The notes under the pieces: generated by a model
What the model was told of the DNA's origin: nothing
Seen by the model: only the letters and a program-made list of their open reading frames with translations
The model's database searches: none
Program-made: the position numbers and the translations under genes
In this document: in pieces, positions 8,346 through 16,148 of the stretch
How positions within the stretch are numbered: the first letter of the stretch is position 1
How the letters are laid out: every line of letters begins with the position of its first letter
Origin: Corynebacterium amycolatum
GTDB lineage: Bacteria; Actinomycetota; Actinomycetes; Mycobacteriales; Mycobacteriaceae
Strand: one strand, 5' to 3'
Assembly: GCF_049243625.1 (NCBI RefSeq)
Contig: NZ_CP046975.1
DNA length: 32,000 bases

Positions 8346-9695
8346 ATGGATAACAACCCCGCTAAGCTCCCGGCAGCTGTAGATACGGTCTCGGACCGTC
8401 TTGAAGTTCCCGGGCCATCACCTGAGGTTGAAGCGGAAAAACGTGCGCAACTGCGTAAGGCCAAGGCTTTCGCTACAATGCTGCTGGTCATCGCAACCGC
8501 TGTGTATTTCACATGCCGCGGTATTGAGTCTTCACACTTATCCGCAGGCGAAGTTGTGCCCGCGTGGGTGGGCTACGTTCGCGCTGCTTCTGAGGCCGGC
8601 ATGGTCGGTGCCCTCGCCGACTGGTTCGCGGTCGTAGCTCTGTTCCGCCACCCGCTCGGCATTCCTATCCCACACACCGCTATCGTCCGCCGTAAGAAGG
8701 ACCAGGTCGGTGAGTCCCTGGCGCAGTTCGTCGGAGACAACTTCCTGAACCCCGCTTTGATTGTGGACAAGGTGCGTAAGGCCGAGCTCCCTGAGCGTAT
8801 CGGCGAATGGCTGGTAGCGCCGGGAAACGCCGACAAAGTGTCAGCAGAGGTCGGTAAGTTCACCGGAAATGTGCTGGAGGCGATTAATCCCGACGATGCC
8901 GCCGCAGTGCTGAAGTCAGCAGTCATCGACGAAGTTGCAGCTCCGGAGTGGGGGCCACCAGCGGGTAAGGTTCTCGAGCAGCTGATTGAAGAGGGGCGCA
9001 CCGAGCCCATCGTCCAGCAGATGGCTGAGTGGCTGCACCGGAAGTCGCTGGGCTCGCAGAATCTTATCGACCGCCTCGTCGGAGAGCGCGCCCCATCCTG
9101 GGCGCCGAGCTTTGTCAACGATCTCATCGGCGACAAGGTCTATCGCGAGTTGGTTGATTGGACCTGGCAGGTGCAGCATGACTCTAAGCACGACGCGCGC
9201 CTGGCACTCCACCGCTTCCTCACGCAGCTCGCCATAGACTTGCAGAACGACGAGAAGACCATCGCCAAGGTCGAAGAAATTAAGACTGACATTCTTTCGT
9301 CCGCCGCCGTCACACAGGCGCCGGCGAAGATTTGGGCATCAACATCCGCAAAGCTTGTCGACGCTGCCCGCGACCCGGACTCCCTGCTCCGTCGGAAGGT
9401 CTCGGAAACGGCCGCCCGCTACGGCGACCGGATCCAGTCTGATCCTGAGTTGCGCAAACGAATGGACCGCCGTTTGGAAGCGGCTGTCGTCTTCATCGCT
9501 GAGAATTACGCGGGCGAGATTACCTCGATCATTTCCGAGACCGTCGAGCGTTGGGATGCCGATGAAGCTTCCGACAAGATTGAACTGATGGTCGGTCGCG
9601 ATCTGCAGTTCATTCGCGTTAACGGCACAGTTGTCGGATCGCTGGCCGGTTTGGCCATTTACACCCTGTCGACCTTGGTGTTTGGGGCTATTTAG
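8346..9695 (+). CDS. DUF445-like membrane protein
   Basis: 449-aa ORF. N-terminal TM segment, WFAVVALFRHPLGIPIPHTAIV motif typical of DUF445/YjiN-type proteins, C-terminal TM helix. Confidence 0.8.
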   Translation: MDNNPAKLPAAVDTVSDRLEVPGPSPEVEAEKRAQLRKAKAFATMLLVIATAVYFTCRGIESSHLSAGEVVPAWVGYVRAASEAGMVGALADWFAVVALFRHPLGIPIPHTAIVRRKKDQVGESLAQFVGDNFLNPALIVDKVRKAELPERIGEWLVAPGNADKVSAEVGKFTGNVLEAINPDDAAAVLKSAVIDEVAAPEWGPPAGKVLEQLIEEGRTEPIVQQMAEWLHRKSLGSQNLIDRLVGERAPSWAPSFVNDLIGDKVYRELVDWTWQVQHDSKHDARLALHRFLTQLAIDLQNDEKTIAKVEEIKTDILSSAAVTQAPAKIWASTSAKLVDAARDPDSLLRRKVSETAARYGDRIQSDPELRKRMDRRLEAAVVFIAENYAGEITSIISETVERWDADEASDKIELMVGRDLQFIRVNGTVVGSLAGLAIYTLSTLVFGAI

Positions 9696-9819
9696 CAGCA
9701 CAACCCAGCACATCAGACGGTGTGCGTTAGCATGTAAAAAGCAATGCATCCCTGTTAAAGGAGTTGTTCCCCCGGTGCGCCTGTTACCATCTTTGCCCAG
9801 TCTTGCGGACTCGCCGCTA

Positions 9820-10131
9820 ATGGCGATTTCCGTCTATGTGGACGTCCTGTTTCAGTTCGCCATTCCGTTTGTCATCGGCATCTTGGCGCTAATCGGTGCG
9901 GTGCTTGTCATCACCACCCGCGCGGATGCCTTTGACGCTGCAGACCGCAAGAGCCGCAACGTCTGGGCCGGCATGCTGGTCGGTTCGGCTATCTTCCTGC
10001 TCCTGCCGTGGCTGGGCTGGGCAATGCTGGGCATCCCGCTGATTGCCGGGCTAGTCATCACGGGTATTTACTGGTTGGATGTCCGCCCACAGATCAAGGA
10101 CATTTTGTCGAACGCTCAGGGCGGTTATTAG
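9820..10131 (+). CDS. DUF2516-like small membrane protein
   Basis: Three hydrophobic helices and a YWLDVRPQIKDI C-terminal motif resembling the Rv0476 family (recalled). Start is uncertain: ATG 9820, or GTG 9775 preceded by AAGGAG. ORF-track start 9631 overlaps the preceding gene. Confidence 0.65.
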   Translation: MAISVYVDVLFQFAIPFVIGILALIGAVLVITTRADAFDAADRKSRNVWAGMLVGSAIFLLLPWLGWAMLGIPLIAGLVITGIYWLDVRPQIKDILSNAQGGY

Positions 10132-10158
10132 TCCCGGGCGGGTGCTAGGCTGCACTAC

Positions 10159-10233
10159 TGAGAAAGTGTCTGGGTTTATGACAGTTTCTGGGTGAAAAAC
10201 CCGGTTATTTTGTCATAACCCCAGACACTTTCT
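10159..10233. repeat. Inverted-repeat intergenic element, copy A
   Basis: Arms 10161-10183 and 10211-10233 are complementary at 22/23 positions, with a 27-nt spacer, followed by T7. Lies between the convergent DUF2516-like and purU stops. Confidence 0.75.
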
Positions 10234-10259
10234 TTTTTTGGGGCTGGTTCCCTGAAAAC

Positions 10260-11165
10260 CTACTGGAACACCACGGTGCGGTTGCCGTAAACCTGCACAC
10301 GGTCCTCCAGGTGCCAGCGCAAACCGCGGGCGAGGACCTGCTTCTCCGCATCGCGCCCCTCACGCTGCATGTCCGCAGCGGTGTACTTGTGGGAGACACG
10401 CATGACGTCCTGCTCAATAATCGGACCATCGTCGAGGTCCTCAGTGGCGTAGTGGCAGGTGGCACCGATGAGCTTCACACCACGTCGATAAGCCTGCAGG
10501 TACGGGCGCGCGCCCATGAACGACGGCAGGAAGCTGTGGTGGATATTGATCGCGCGGCCTTCCCACTTCTCGCACAGATCCGGCGGCAGAATCTGCATGA
10601 AACGTGCGAGCACGATGGCATCCGGGTTTTCGGCGTCGACAATCTCGGCGACCTCATCGAATGCCTTACGCTTGCCGACGGCATCCTTGGGGAAGGGCAC
10701 GTGGTGGAAAGGAATGTCATACGCTGCGACCAGTGGCTCCAGATCGCGGTGGTTGCCAACTACTGCAGCGATTTCCATCGGGTAGTCCGACTGTGCGACG
10801 CGGCCGAGCAGATCCTGCAGGCAGTGGCCTTCCTTGGTCACCAGGATGACAGCGCGCTTCGGGACAGCGTTGTCGGTGACCTTCCAGCGGACCTCAGGGC
10901 CCCAATCGCCGATGAGCTCAGCGAACTTCTCGCGCAGCTCTTCTACAGTCAGGTCGAGCGCGTCGGCGCGGACCGCCTGGCGAGTGAAAAACCATCCGGT
11001 CTCCGGGTCGGAGAAAAAGTCCGCCTCGGTAATCCACGCACCAATGTCGGACAGGAAGGTCGACAGGGTGGAAACGATACCGGTACGGTCTGGACAGCCG
11101 AGCGAGAAGATGTACTGGCGCTCGGTGGGAGTACCGCTTTTTGCGGTGATGAGAGAGCGAGTCAT
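10260..11165 (-). CDS. purU: Formyltetrahydrofolate deformylase
   Basis: 301-aa ORF. N-terminal ACT-like segment (CPDRTGIVSTLSTFL) followed by a formyltransferase domain (INIHHSFLPSF, GATCHYATEDLDDGPII). Confidence 0.93.
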   Translation of the reverse strand: MTRSLITAKSGTPTERQYIFSLGCPDRTGIVSTLSTFLSDIGAWITEADFFSDPETGWFFTRQAVRADALDLTVEELREKFAELIGDWGPEVRWKVTDNAVPKRAVILVTKEGHCLQDLLGRVAQSDYPMEIAAVVGNHRDLEPLVAAYDIPFHHVPFPKDAVGKRKAFDEVAEIVDAENPDAIVLARFMQILPPDLCEKWEGRAINIHHSFLPSFMGARPYLQAYRRGVKLIGATCHYATEDLDDGPIIEQDVMRVSHKYTAADMQREGRDAEKQVLARGLRWHLEDRVQVYGNRTVVFQ

Positions 11166-11182
11166 TCTCGGTATCTTACCTG

Positions 11183-11953
11183 CTAGCTAAAGGTAAGTTC
11201 GCTCACGGTCGACAAAGGAAGATTTGCGCCCGTCAGGGTCAACGCCAGGCCCTTCCCGGTGACGTGCGCTTCCTCCACCTGCATGCCGTGGCCGATGTCG
11301 TAGCTCAACAGCGTACCGCTCGCTTCTCCCAGCCAGCCGGCCAGGCCATCGAGGTTTAAGCCGAGGATTGAGCCGCCCTCCAGGTTGATTTCGATATGAC
11401 CGCCGTTGGCAATCGGGCGGAACTTGGAGGTCGCAAATCCGGAGGCGAATTCAATATTGAACAGGCCTTCGTCCGGCAGCGGCGTGATTGTGGAAGCGCG
11501 TACATCGCTTTCCCGGTTAATCAGCGCCTGCAGCAGCTGAGGTGGGATCGTGACATCTACTCGCAGCGACTCTGCCGTCGGATCCGCGCGATTGCTCAGA
11601 TCCACGTTTTCCAGGTGCACTTCCGCTGCCGGGTCACCGTTGATCTCCGGTGCGCCACCCAGCGCCTCCGGGTTCTTGACCTCCAGTGTGTTCGGAGTGG
11701 ACAGATCCATCGAGGGCACCGACTTCGTGGCCAAGGCGAGCAGCATCGGGCGGGTGCCGAAAGAAACCTTGGGGTCCTCAGTGACCGTCGCACCACGCTC
11801 CTCGGCGGAGGTGCGGTAACCGTCGGAAATCTCCTTGCTCACGAACATCCGGACGCCGATTTCGCTGGCAATCGCAATAAGCGCCACCACGATGATGACA
11901 CCGAGGACGGTGGGCAGGACTTTGACGCTCGAAGAGCGTTTAGCAGAACTCAT
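11183..11953 (-). CDS. Membrane-anchored LmeA/DUF2993-like protein
   Basis: 256-aa ORF with an N-terminal TM anchor (VLPTVLGVIIVVALIAIA). The remainder resembles the DUF2993 family. 17 nt upstream of purU on the same strand. Confidence 0.65.
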   Translation of the reverse strand: MSSAKRSSSVKVLPTVLGVIIVVALIAIASEIGVRMFVSKEISDGYRTSAEERGATVTEDPKVSFGTRPMLLALATKSVPSMDLSTPNTLEVKNPEALGGAPEINGDPAAEVHLENVDLSNRADPTAESLRVDVTIPPQLLQALINRESDVRASTITPLPDEGLFNIEFASGFATSKFRPIANGGHIEINLEGGSILGLNLDGLAGWLGEASGTLLSYDIGHGMQVEEAHVTGKGLALTLTGANLPLSTVSELTFS

Positions 11954-12039
11954 GGTTCCCAGTCTTGCTTAACGACGGCTCCGTCGCTACCACCTTTCTT
12001 CGCCAGGTATCCGCCGGGGAGCCCGGCAAGCCTGGCAAA

Positions 12040-12076
12040 CCCTTTCCCGGTGCCACCCGGTGCCCCCCCCCGGTGC
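12040..12076. repeat. C-tract / G4-type motif with three CCCGGTGC direct repeats
   Basis: Plus strand reads C3-TTT-C3-GGTGCCA-C3-GGTG-C9, giving a G3+ x4 motif on the minus (transcribed) strand. CCCGGTGC occurs at 12046, 12056 and 12069. C9 homopolymer at 12063-12071. Confidence 0.6.
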
Positions 12077-12081
12077 GCAAC

Positions 12082-12579
12082 CTACTTAGCGACGTAGTCC
12101 GCCAGTACCGCGGTCTCAGCGTTGAGGACGCGCTCCAGGTACGGAGCTGCCTTCTCCTCGAGCTTGCCACCGAGCAGCGGCACGTTGATGGCGAACTCGG
12201 AGTTGGTGGTCAGCACTGCACCTTCGCCCTGGGCGGTGAGCTTCTGGGACGCACTGAAGGACGCCGGTACGCCCGAGGCTTCTGTGGTCACGGTGGAGGT
12301 CGCGCCGTCGTCGTTAAGCGGGCTGATGACGAACGTGCGCGTCATGCCGACCCCGGACTTGACGAACTTCTGCGCCTGCGCCGGAATCTTGTCGGCAGCG
12401 ACGGTCTGGCGAATCACGACGGTGGTGCCAGCGTCGGTGGTCTCGAACTTTTCCACCTTGCCGTCAGCTGCCGAGAAACGGTTCGCGACCTTCTCCCAGA
12501 AACCGGCGTCGGTGAGGGCCTCGTAAACCTTCTCAATCGGCTGGTCGAAGTTGACGGTGTGCGTGTTAGTCGTAGTCAT
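12082..12579 (-). CDS. DUF2505-like (SRPBCC-fold) protein
   Basis: 165-aa ORF whose size and sequence character match the actinobacterial DUF2505 family (Rv0481c-like, recalled). Divergent from murB. Confidence 0.65.
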   Translation of the reverse strand: MTTTNTHTVNFDQPIEKVYEALTDAGFWEKVANRFSAADGKVEKFETTDAGTTVVIRQTVAADKIPAQAQKFVKSGVGMTRTFVISPLNDDGATSTVTTEASGVPASFSASQKLTAQGEGAVLTTNSEFAINVPLLGGKLEEKAAPYLERVLNAETAVLADYVAK

Positions 12580-12664
12580 GCGCTTGATGATACGTAATTT
12601 GCACTACGCTAGGGGCGTGGAAAATCTCGACCAATCGCCGAACCCAATTCACCTGACCTCCGAC

Positions 12665-13840
12665 ATGGAAGAAGCCATCGATGGGCTTGCGGGGCTAGAG
12701 GGGGTGGAGCTCAGCACGCGTACCGCTTTCTCGGATCTGACGACGCTCCGCCTCGGCGGGGTGCCGCGTGCCGTCGTCCGGTGTAGCACGACGGACGCTG
12801 TGGTCGATGTTGTACGCACGCTTGACGACGCTAACGTGCCCCTCCTCATCGTGGGAGGCGGATCCAACCTGGTGGTAGCCGATGAACTCGAGCCGCTGGT
12901 GGCTGTGGTGATTGAGGCTGACAACGTGACCATGAGCACTCGCGGACACGGGTTGGAGTCCGTGTCGGCAATCGTGGAGGCCGAGGCCGGTGCAGTCTGG
13001 GACGAGGTCGTGGAGATGAGTGTCGACGCCGGTTTTGGCGGCCTGGAATGCCTGTCGGGTATTCCGGGATCGGCCGGAGCCACGCCGGTGCAAAATGTTG
13101 GTGCCTACGGTGCTGAGGTATCGCAGGTTCTGGACGCGGTGCAGCTTTACGATCGCGCAACCGGCTCGGTCGAGTGGGTGGAACCGGAGTCCCTCGACCT
13201 TTCCTACCGCTACTCGAACCTGAAGTTCACCGCACGGGCAGTGGTGCTGGCCGTGCGGTTCGAGCTCAGCGTGGATGGGATGTCCGCGCCACTTCGCTAT
13301 GGCGAACTGGCGCGGCGCCTGGGCGTCGACGAGGCCGAGGCTGCGGCTGGCGAGATTCGCAGGCCGGCTGAGCTGGTGCGCGAAAAGGTGCTTGAGCTGC
13401 GCCGGGGCAAGGGCATGGTTCTCGAATATGCTGACCGCGATACCTGGTCGGCGGGTTCTTTCTTTACCAACCCGATCATTCCGGAGAACTCGGTGGAGAC
13501 CGTGCGTGCAAAGGTTGCCGCGCTGCGTGGGACCGATGAGGCCGCGAATATGCCCGCTTTCCCCGCTGGCCCCGGCCACGAGGGGGCCGTGAAGCTCTCG
13601 GCGGCGTGGCTTATCGAGCGCGCCGGGTTCCCCAAGGGCTACCCCGGGGACGGTGCGCCCGCACGACTGTCGACTAAGCACACTCTTGCCCTGACCAACC
13701 GCGGGATGTCCGGGGATGGTACGCCCACGACCGCCGCCGACTTGGTGGCTTTGGCGCGCGATGTGCGCGCTGGTGTGGAAAAGGCATTCGGCGTGACCCT
13801 GGTGCCCGAGCCGGTGTGGGTCGGCGTGAGCATTGATTAG
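12665..13840 (+). CDS. murB: UDP-N-acetylenolpyruvoylglucosamine reductase
   Basis: FAD-binding domain motifs LLIVGGGSNLVVAD and GIPGSAGATPVQNVGAYG, plus C-terminal SAAWLIERAGF. Start is uncertain (ATG 12665 or GTG 12617). ORF-track start 12551 overlaps the divergent gene. Confidence 0.9.
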   Translation: MEEAIDGLAGLEGVELSTRTAFSDLTTLRLGGVPRAVVRCSTTDAVVDVVRTLDDANVPLLIVGGGSNLVVADELEPLVAVVIEADNVTMSTRGHGLESVSAIVEAEAGAVWDEVVEMSVDAGFGGLECLSGIPGSAGATPVQNVGAYGAEVSQVLDAVQLYDRATGSVEWVEPESLDLSYRYSNLKFTARAVVLAVRFELSVDGMSAPLRYGELARRLGVDEAEAAAGEIRRPAELVREKVLELRRGKGMVLEYADRDTWSAGSFFTNPIIPENSVETVRAKVAALRGTDEAANMPAFPAGPGHEGAVKLSAAWLIERAGFPKGYPGDGAPARLSTKHTLALTNRGMSGDGTPTTAADLVALARDVRAGVEKAFGVTLVPEPVWVGVSID

Positions 13841-13969
13841 GCCCGCGGCGGGTGGCTGATGGCCAGGGGGCTGGAGAGGCTGGCGTGACTGATGAGGCCG
13901 CTGGGGCTGACAGAACCACTGAGTAGTCCTCAGCTTGCGCTCCCGGGCCTTCTCTCAATGGGCGGGGAT

Positions 13970-14046
13970 AGAGAAAGTGACTAGGTTTATGACGCGTGAA
14001 TTGCATTTACCCGCAGTTTTTTGCCATAAACCTAGTCACTAAGTCT
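13970..14046. repeat. Inverted-repeat intergenic element, copy B
   Basis: Left arm GAGAAAGTGACTAGGTTTATGACG matches the copy A arm at 21/24. Perfect 15-bp core IR GTGACTAGGTTTATG (13977-13991) / CATAAACCTAGTCAC (14025-14039) with a 29-nt spacer. Lies between convergent murB and the acyl-CoA synthetase gene. Confidence 0.75.
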
Positions 14047-14085
14047 GGGGGGGAGGGAGCCGGGAATCCGCCTTAAGGGGAAGGG

Positions 14086-14110
14086 AGGAGCCAGCTCTAC
14101 CCAGGCTCCT
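14086..14110 (-). terminator. Hairpin downstream of the acyl-CoA synthetase gene
   Basis: AGGAGCC (14086-14092) / GGCTCCT (14104-14110), 11-nt loop, 25 nt beyond the stop codon on the minus strand. No clear U-tract. Confidence 0.3.
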
Positions 14111-14135
14111 ATCCCGGCTATAAACCCACCGTGAA

Positions 14136-15971
14136 CTAATGGTGCTTGCGGTGGGAAAGCGAATCCACGCTCTGGCCCTTCTGCTCCAGCTGCGTGAGCA
14201 GCACGTCGCGGACATCGCGGCGGCGGACCTTGCCCATCTGGTCGTGAGGTAGTTCCTCCAGGTGGAAGAATGCGCGCGGCACCTTGTACCGGGTCAGGTT
14301 TTCGTAGCAGTGGTCGCGGTAGGCGTCGGAATCCAGTCGGGCGTAGTCAGCAAGGGTGATCGCGGCCACGACCATCTCGGAACCGTCGCTCTTTGGCAGG
14401 CCGACGACCGTGGCATCGGTGATATCCGGGTGGGAGAGCAGTACTTCCTCGACCTCGGCCGGGTAGACATTGAAGCCACCGGTGATGATGACTTCTTTGA
14501 TGCGGGCAACCAACTTGATGAAGCCGTCCGACTCCATGACTCCGACATCGCCGGTGCGGTACCAACGGTCGCCAGCGGGTAGCTCAGCAGGCCCATCGGT
14601 AAAGGACTTCTCCGTTGCCTCGGGGAGGTTGAGATAACCGGCGAAAACCTGTGGGCCTCGGACGATGACCTCGCCCTCCTCGCCGTCAGCGCGGAGTCTG
14701 GTGGGATCATCGGGGTCAACGATGGCGACCTCGGTGTCAGGGAACGGCAGGCCAACGTATCCCGGGCGGCGGTTACCGTCCATCGGGTTGCCGACGATAA
14801 TCGGAGAGGTTTCGGTGAGGCCGTAGCCTTCGACAAGGCGACCACCAGTGAGCTTCTCCCACTTCTGCACGAGGGAAACCGGCAGGGTAGCGGCGCCACA
14901 GAAGGCGAACTTCACGCCGGAGAGGTCGACATTATCCAGCTCGGCCGCTTCGACAATTTTCTCGTAGAGGGTCGGCACACCAGGAACCCATGTTGGGCGA
15001 TTGTTCTTCATCACCTTCATGATCAGCGGAATCTCCGGTGACGGCACCAGCACCAGTTCAGCGCCAATCAGCATGGACAAGTTAGTGACAATGGTCAGGC
15101 CGTAGGCGTGGAACATCGGCAGGATGCCAAGGGAGATTTCCCGCTCCTTGCCAAGGCCCGGTACCCAGGCCTTACCCTGCAGAATGTTGGCGACCAGCCC
15201 GCGGTGGCTCAGCTGCGCGCCCTTCGGCGAGCCCGTGGTGCCAGAGGTGTACATCATCACTGCAGTGTCATCGGCAGTGATGGACTCATCGGCCTGGAGG
15301 TCGTGGCCGTCTCCGCCGACGGCGTCGTGAAGCAAAGCATCAAAACCCATGACCTGCGGTGCGGAAGAGTGCAGCTTAGCGCGGGCGGCGCGGAGTTTCG
15401 GCAGCGGGATCGACAGGGCGGTGCGCATGACAAACGGCAGGTCCTGCAGCATGTTGACCGCAATGATGGTCTCGAGCGGGGTGTTGCTGCGAAGGTCTTC
15501 AAGTACGGGGACGATCTTGTCCCAGCAGATGGCAAAGCGGGCACCGTGGTCGTTGAACGGATGGCGCAGCTCGTGGGCGGTGTAGAGGGGGTTGTGCTCT
15601 ACGGCAACAGCGCCGAGGTGCAGAACTGCCCAGTAGGCGATGACGTGCTGCGGGCAGTTCGGCATGAGCAGTGCCACGCGATCGCCTTTGCGTACACCGA
15701 GTGCGCGCAGGCCGGCGGCAACGCTGCGAACCTTGGCATCCAGCTCGGCATAGGAGGTGGAGCGACCGAAGAAGGTCAGTGCCTTGCGGCGCGGGTGGTT
15801 GCTCAGAGTGTGGCGGTAGACATCTAGGAGGGTGTCGAAGTTGTAGGCGATGTGGGGTGGGGTCCACTCCGGATACAGGTTCAGCCAGGCTTTGGAAACC
15901 GCAGCGTTGGGTGTGGAACCGTGAGCTGGGGCAGAGTCATTTTCAGCGCGCGAGCTGGATGTATCGGCCAT
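14136..15971 (-). CDS. Long-chain fatty-acid--CoA ligase (AMP-binding family)
   Basis: 611-aa ORF. YTSGTTGSPKG AMP-binding motif, GYGLTET, YRTGD, GKVRRRD. AGGAGG SD upstream of the ATG. Confidence 0.9.
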   Translation of the reverse strand: MADTSSSRAENDSAPAHGSTPNAAVSKAWLNLYPEWTPPHIAYNFDTLLDVYRHTLSNHPRRKALTFFGRSTSYAELDAKVRSVAAGLRALGVRKGDRVALLMPNCPQHVIAYWAVLHLGAVAVEHNPLYTAHELRHPFNDHGARFAICWDKIVPVLEDLRSNTPLETIIAVNMLQDLPFVMRTALSIPLPKLRAARAKLHSSAPQVMGFDALLHDAVGGDGHDLQADESITADDTAVMMYTSGTTGSPKGAQLSHRGLVANILQGKAWVPGLGKEREISLGILPMFHAYGLTIVTNLSMLIGAELVLVPSPEIPLIMKVMKNNRPTWVPGVPTLYEKIVEAAELDNVDLSGVKFAFCGAATLPVSLVQKWEKLTGGRLVEGYGLTETSPIIVGNPMDGNRRPGYVGLPFPDTEVAIVDPDDPTRLRADGEEGEVIVRGPQVFAGYLNLPEATEKSFTDGPAELPAGDRWYRTGDVGVMESDGFIKLVARIKEVIITGGFNVYPAEVEEVLLSHPDITDATVVGLPKSDGSEMVVAAITLADYARLDSDAYRDHCYENLTRYKVPRAFFHLEELPHDQMGKVRRRDVRDVLLTQLEQKGQSVDSLSHRKHH

Positions 15972-16004
15972 GGGGTCCTCCTAGTTTTTGTGTGTGACCT
16001 GACC

Positions 16005-16034
16005 ACGTCGTGAGGTGATAATAACTTACGACGT
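16005..16034. promoter_or_regulatory. Inverted repeat in the divergent acyl-CoA synthetase / mshA promoter region
   Basis: ACGTCGTGAG (16005-16014) / CTTACGACGT (16025-16034) pairs over 10 bp with one G-T. A third ACGTCG copy lies at 16062-16067. Confidence 0.3.
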
Positions 16035-16148
16035 AGTAGGTATCGACCCCTATTGTGCCGTACGTCGCACTGCATTGTCAGGATTTCTATACACGTATTT
16101 GAGGTACTCATTTGCGGGGTTGCCCTTGGAATAGGCACTCTGGGCAGT

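Noticed and set aside
12695-13681. 328-aa minus-strand ORF opposite murB, and similarly 10311-11186 (+) opposite purU and 769-1578 (-) spanning the HAD/GH65 junction
   Set aside because: All overlap genes with strong family motifs on the other strand and show no motifs of their own. The 769-1578 ORF also crosses a gene boundary.
16053-16148. N-terminal extensions in the ORF track for mshA (16053), proC (24441), murB (12551), the glutaredoxin-like gene (27619) and the DUF2516-like gene (9631)
   Set aside because: The extensions are Cys/Arg-rich, overlap neighbouring genes, hairpins or promoters, and precede internal starts that match the conserved family N-termini.
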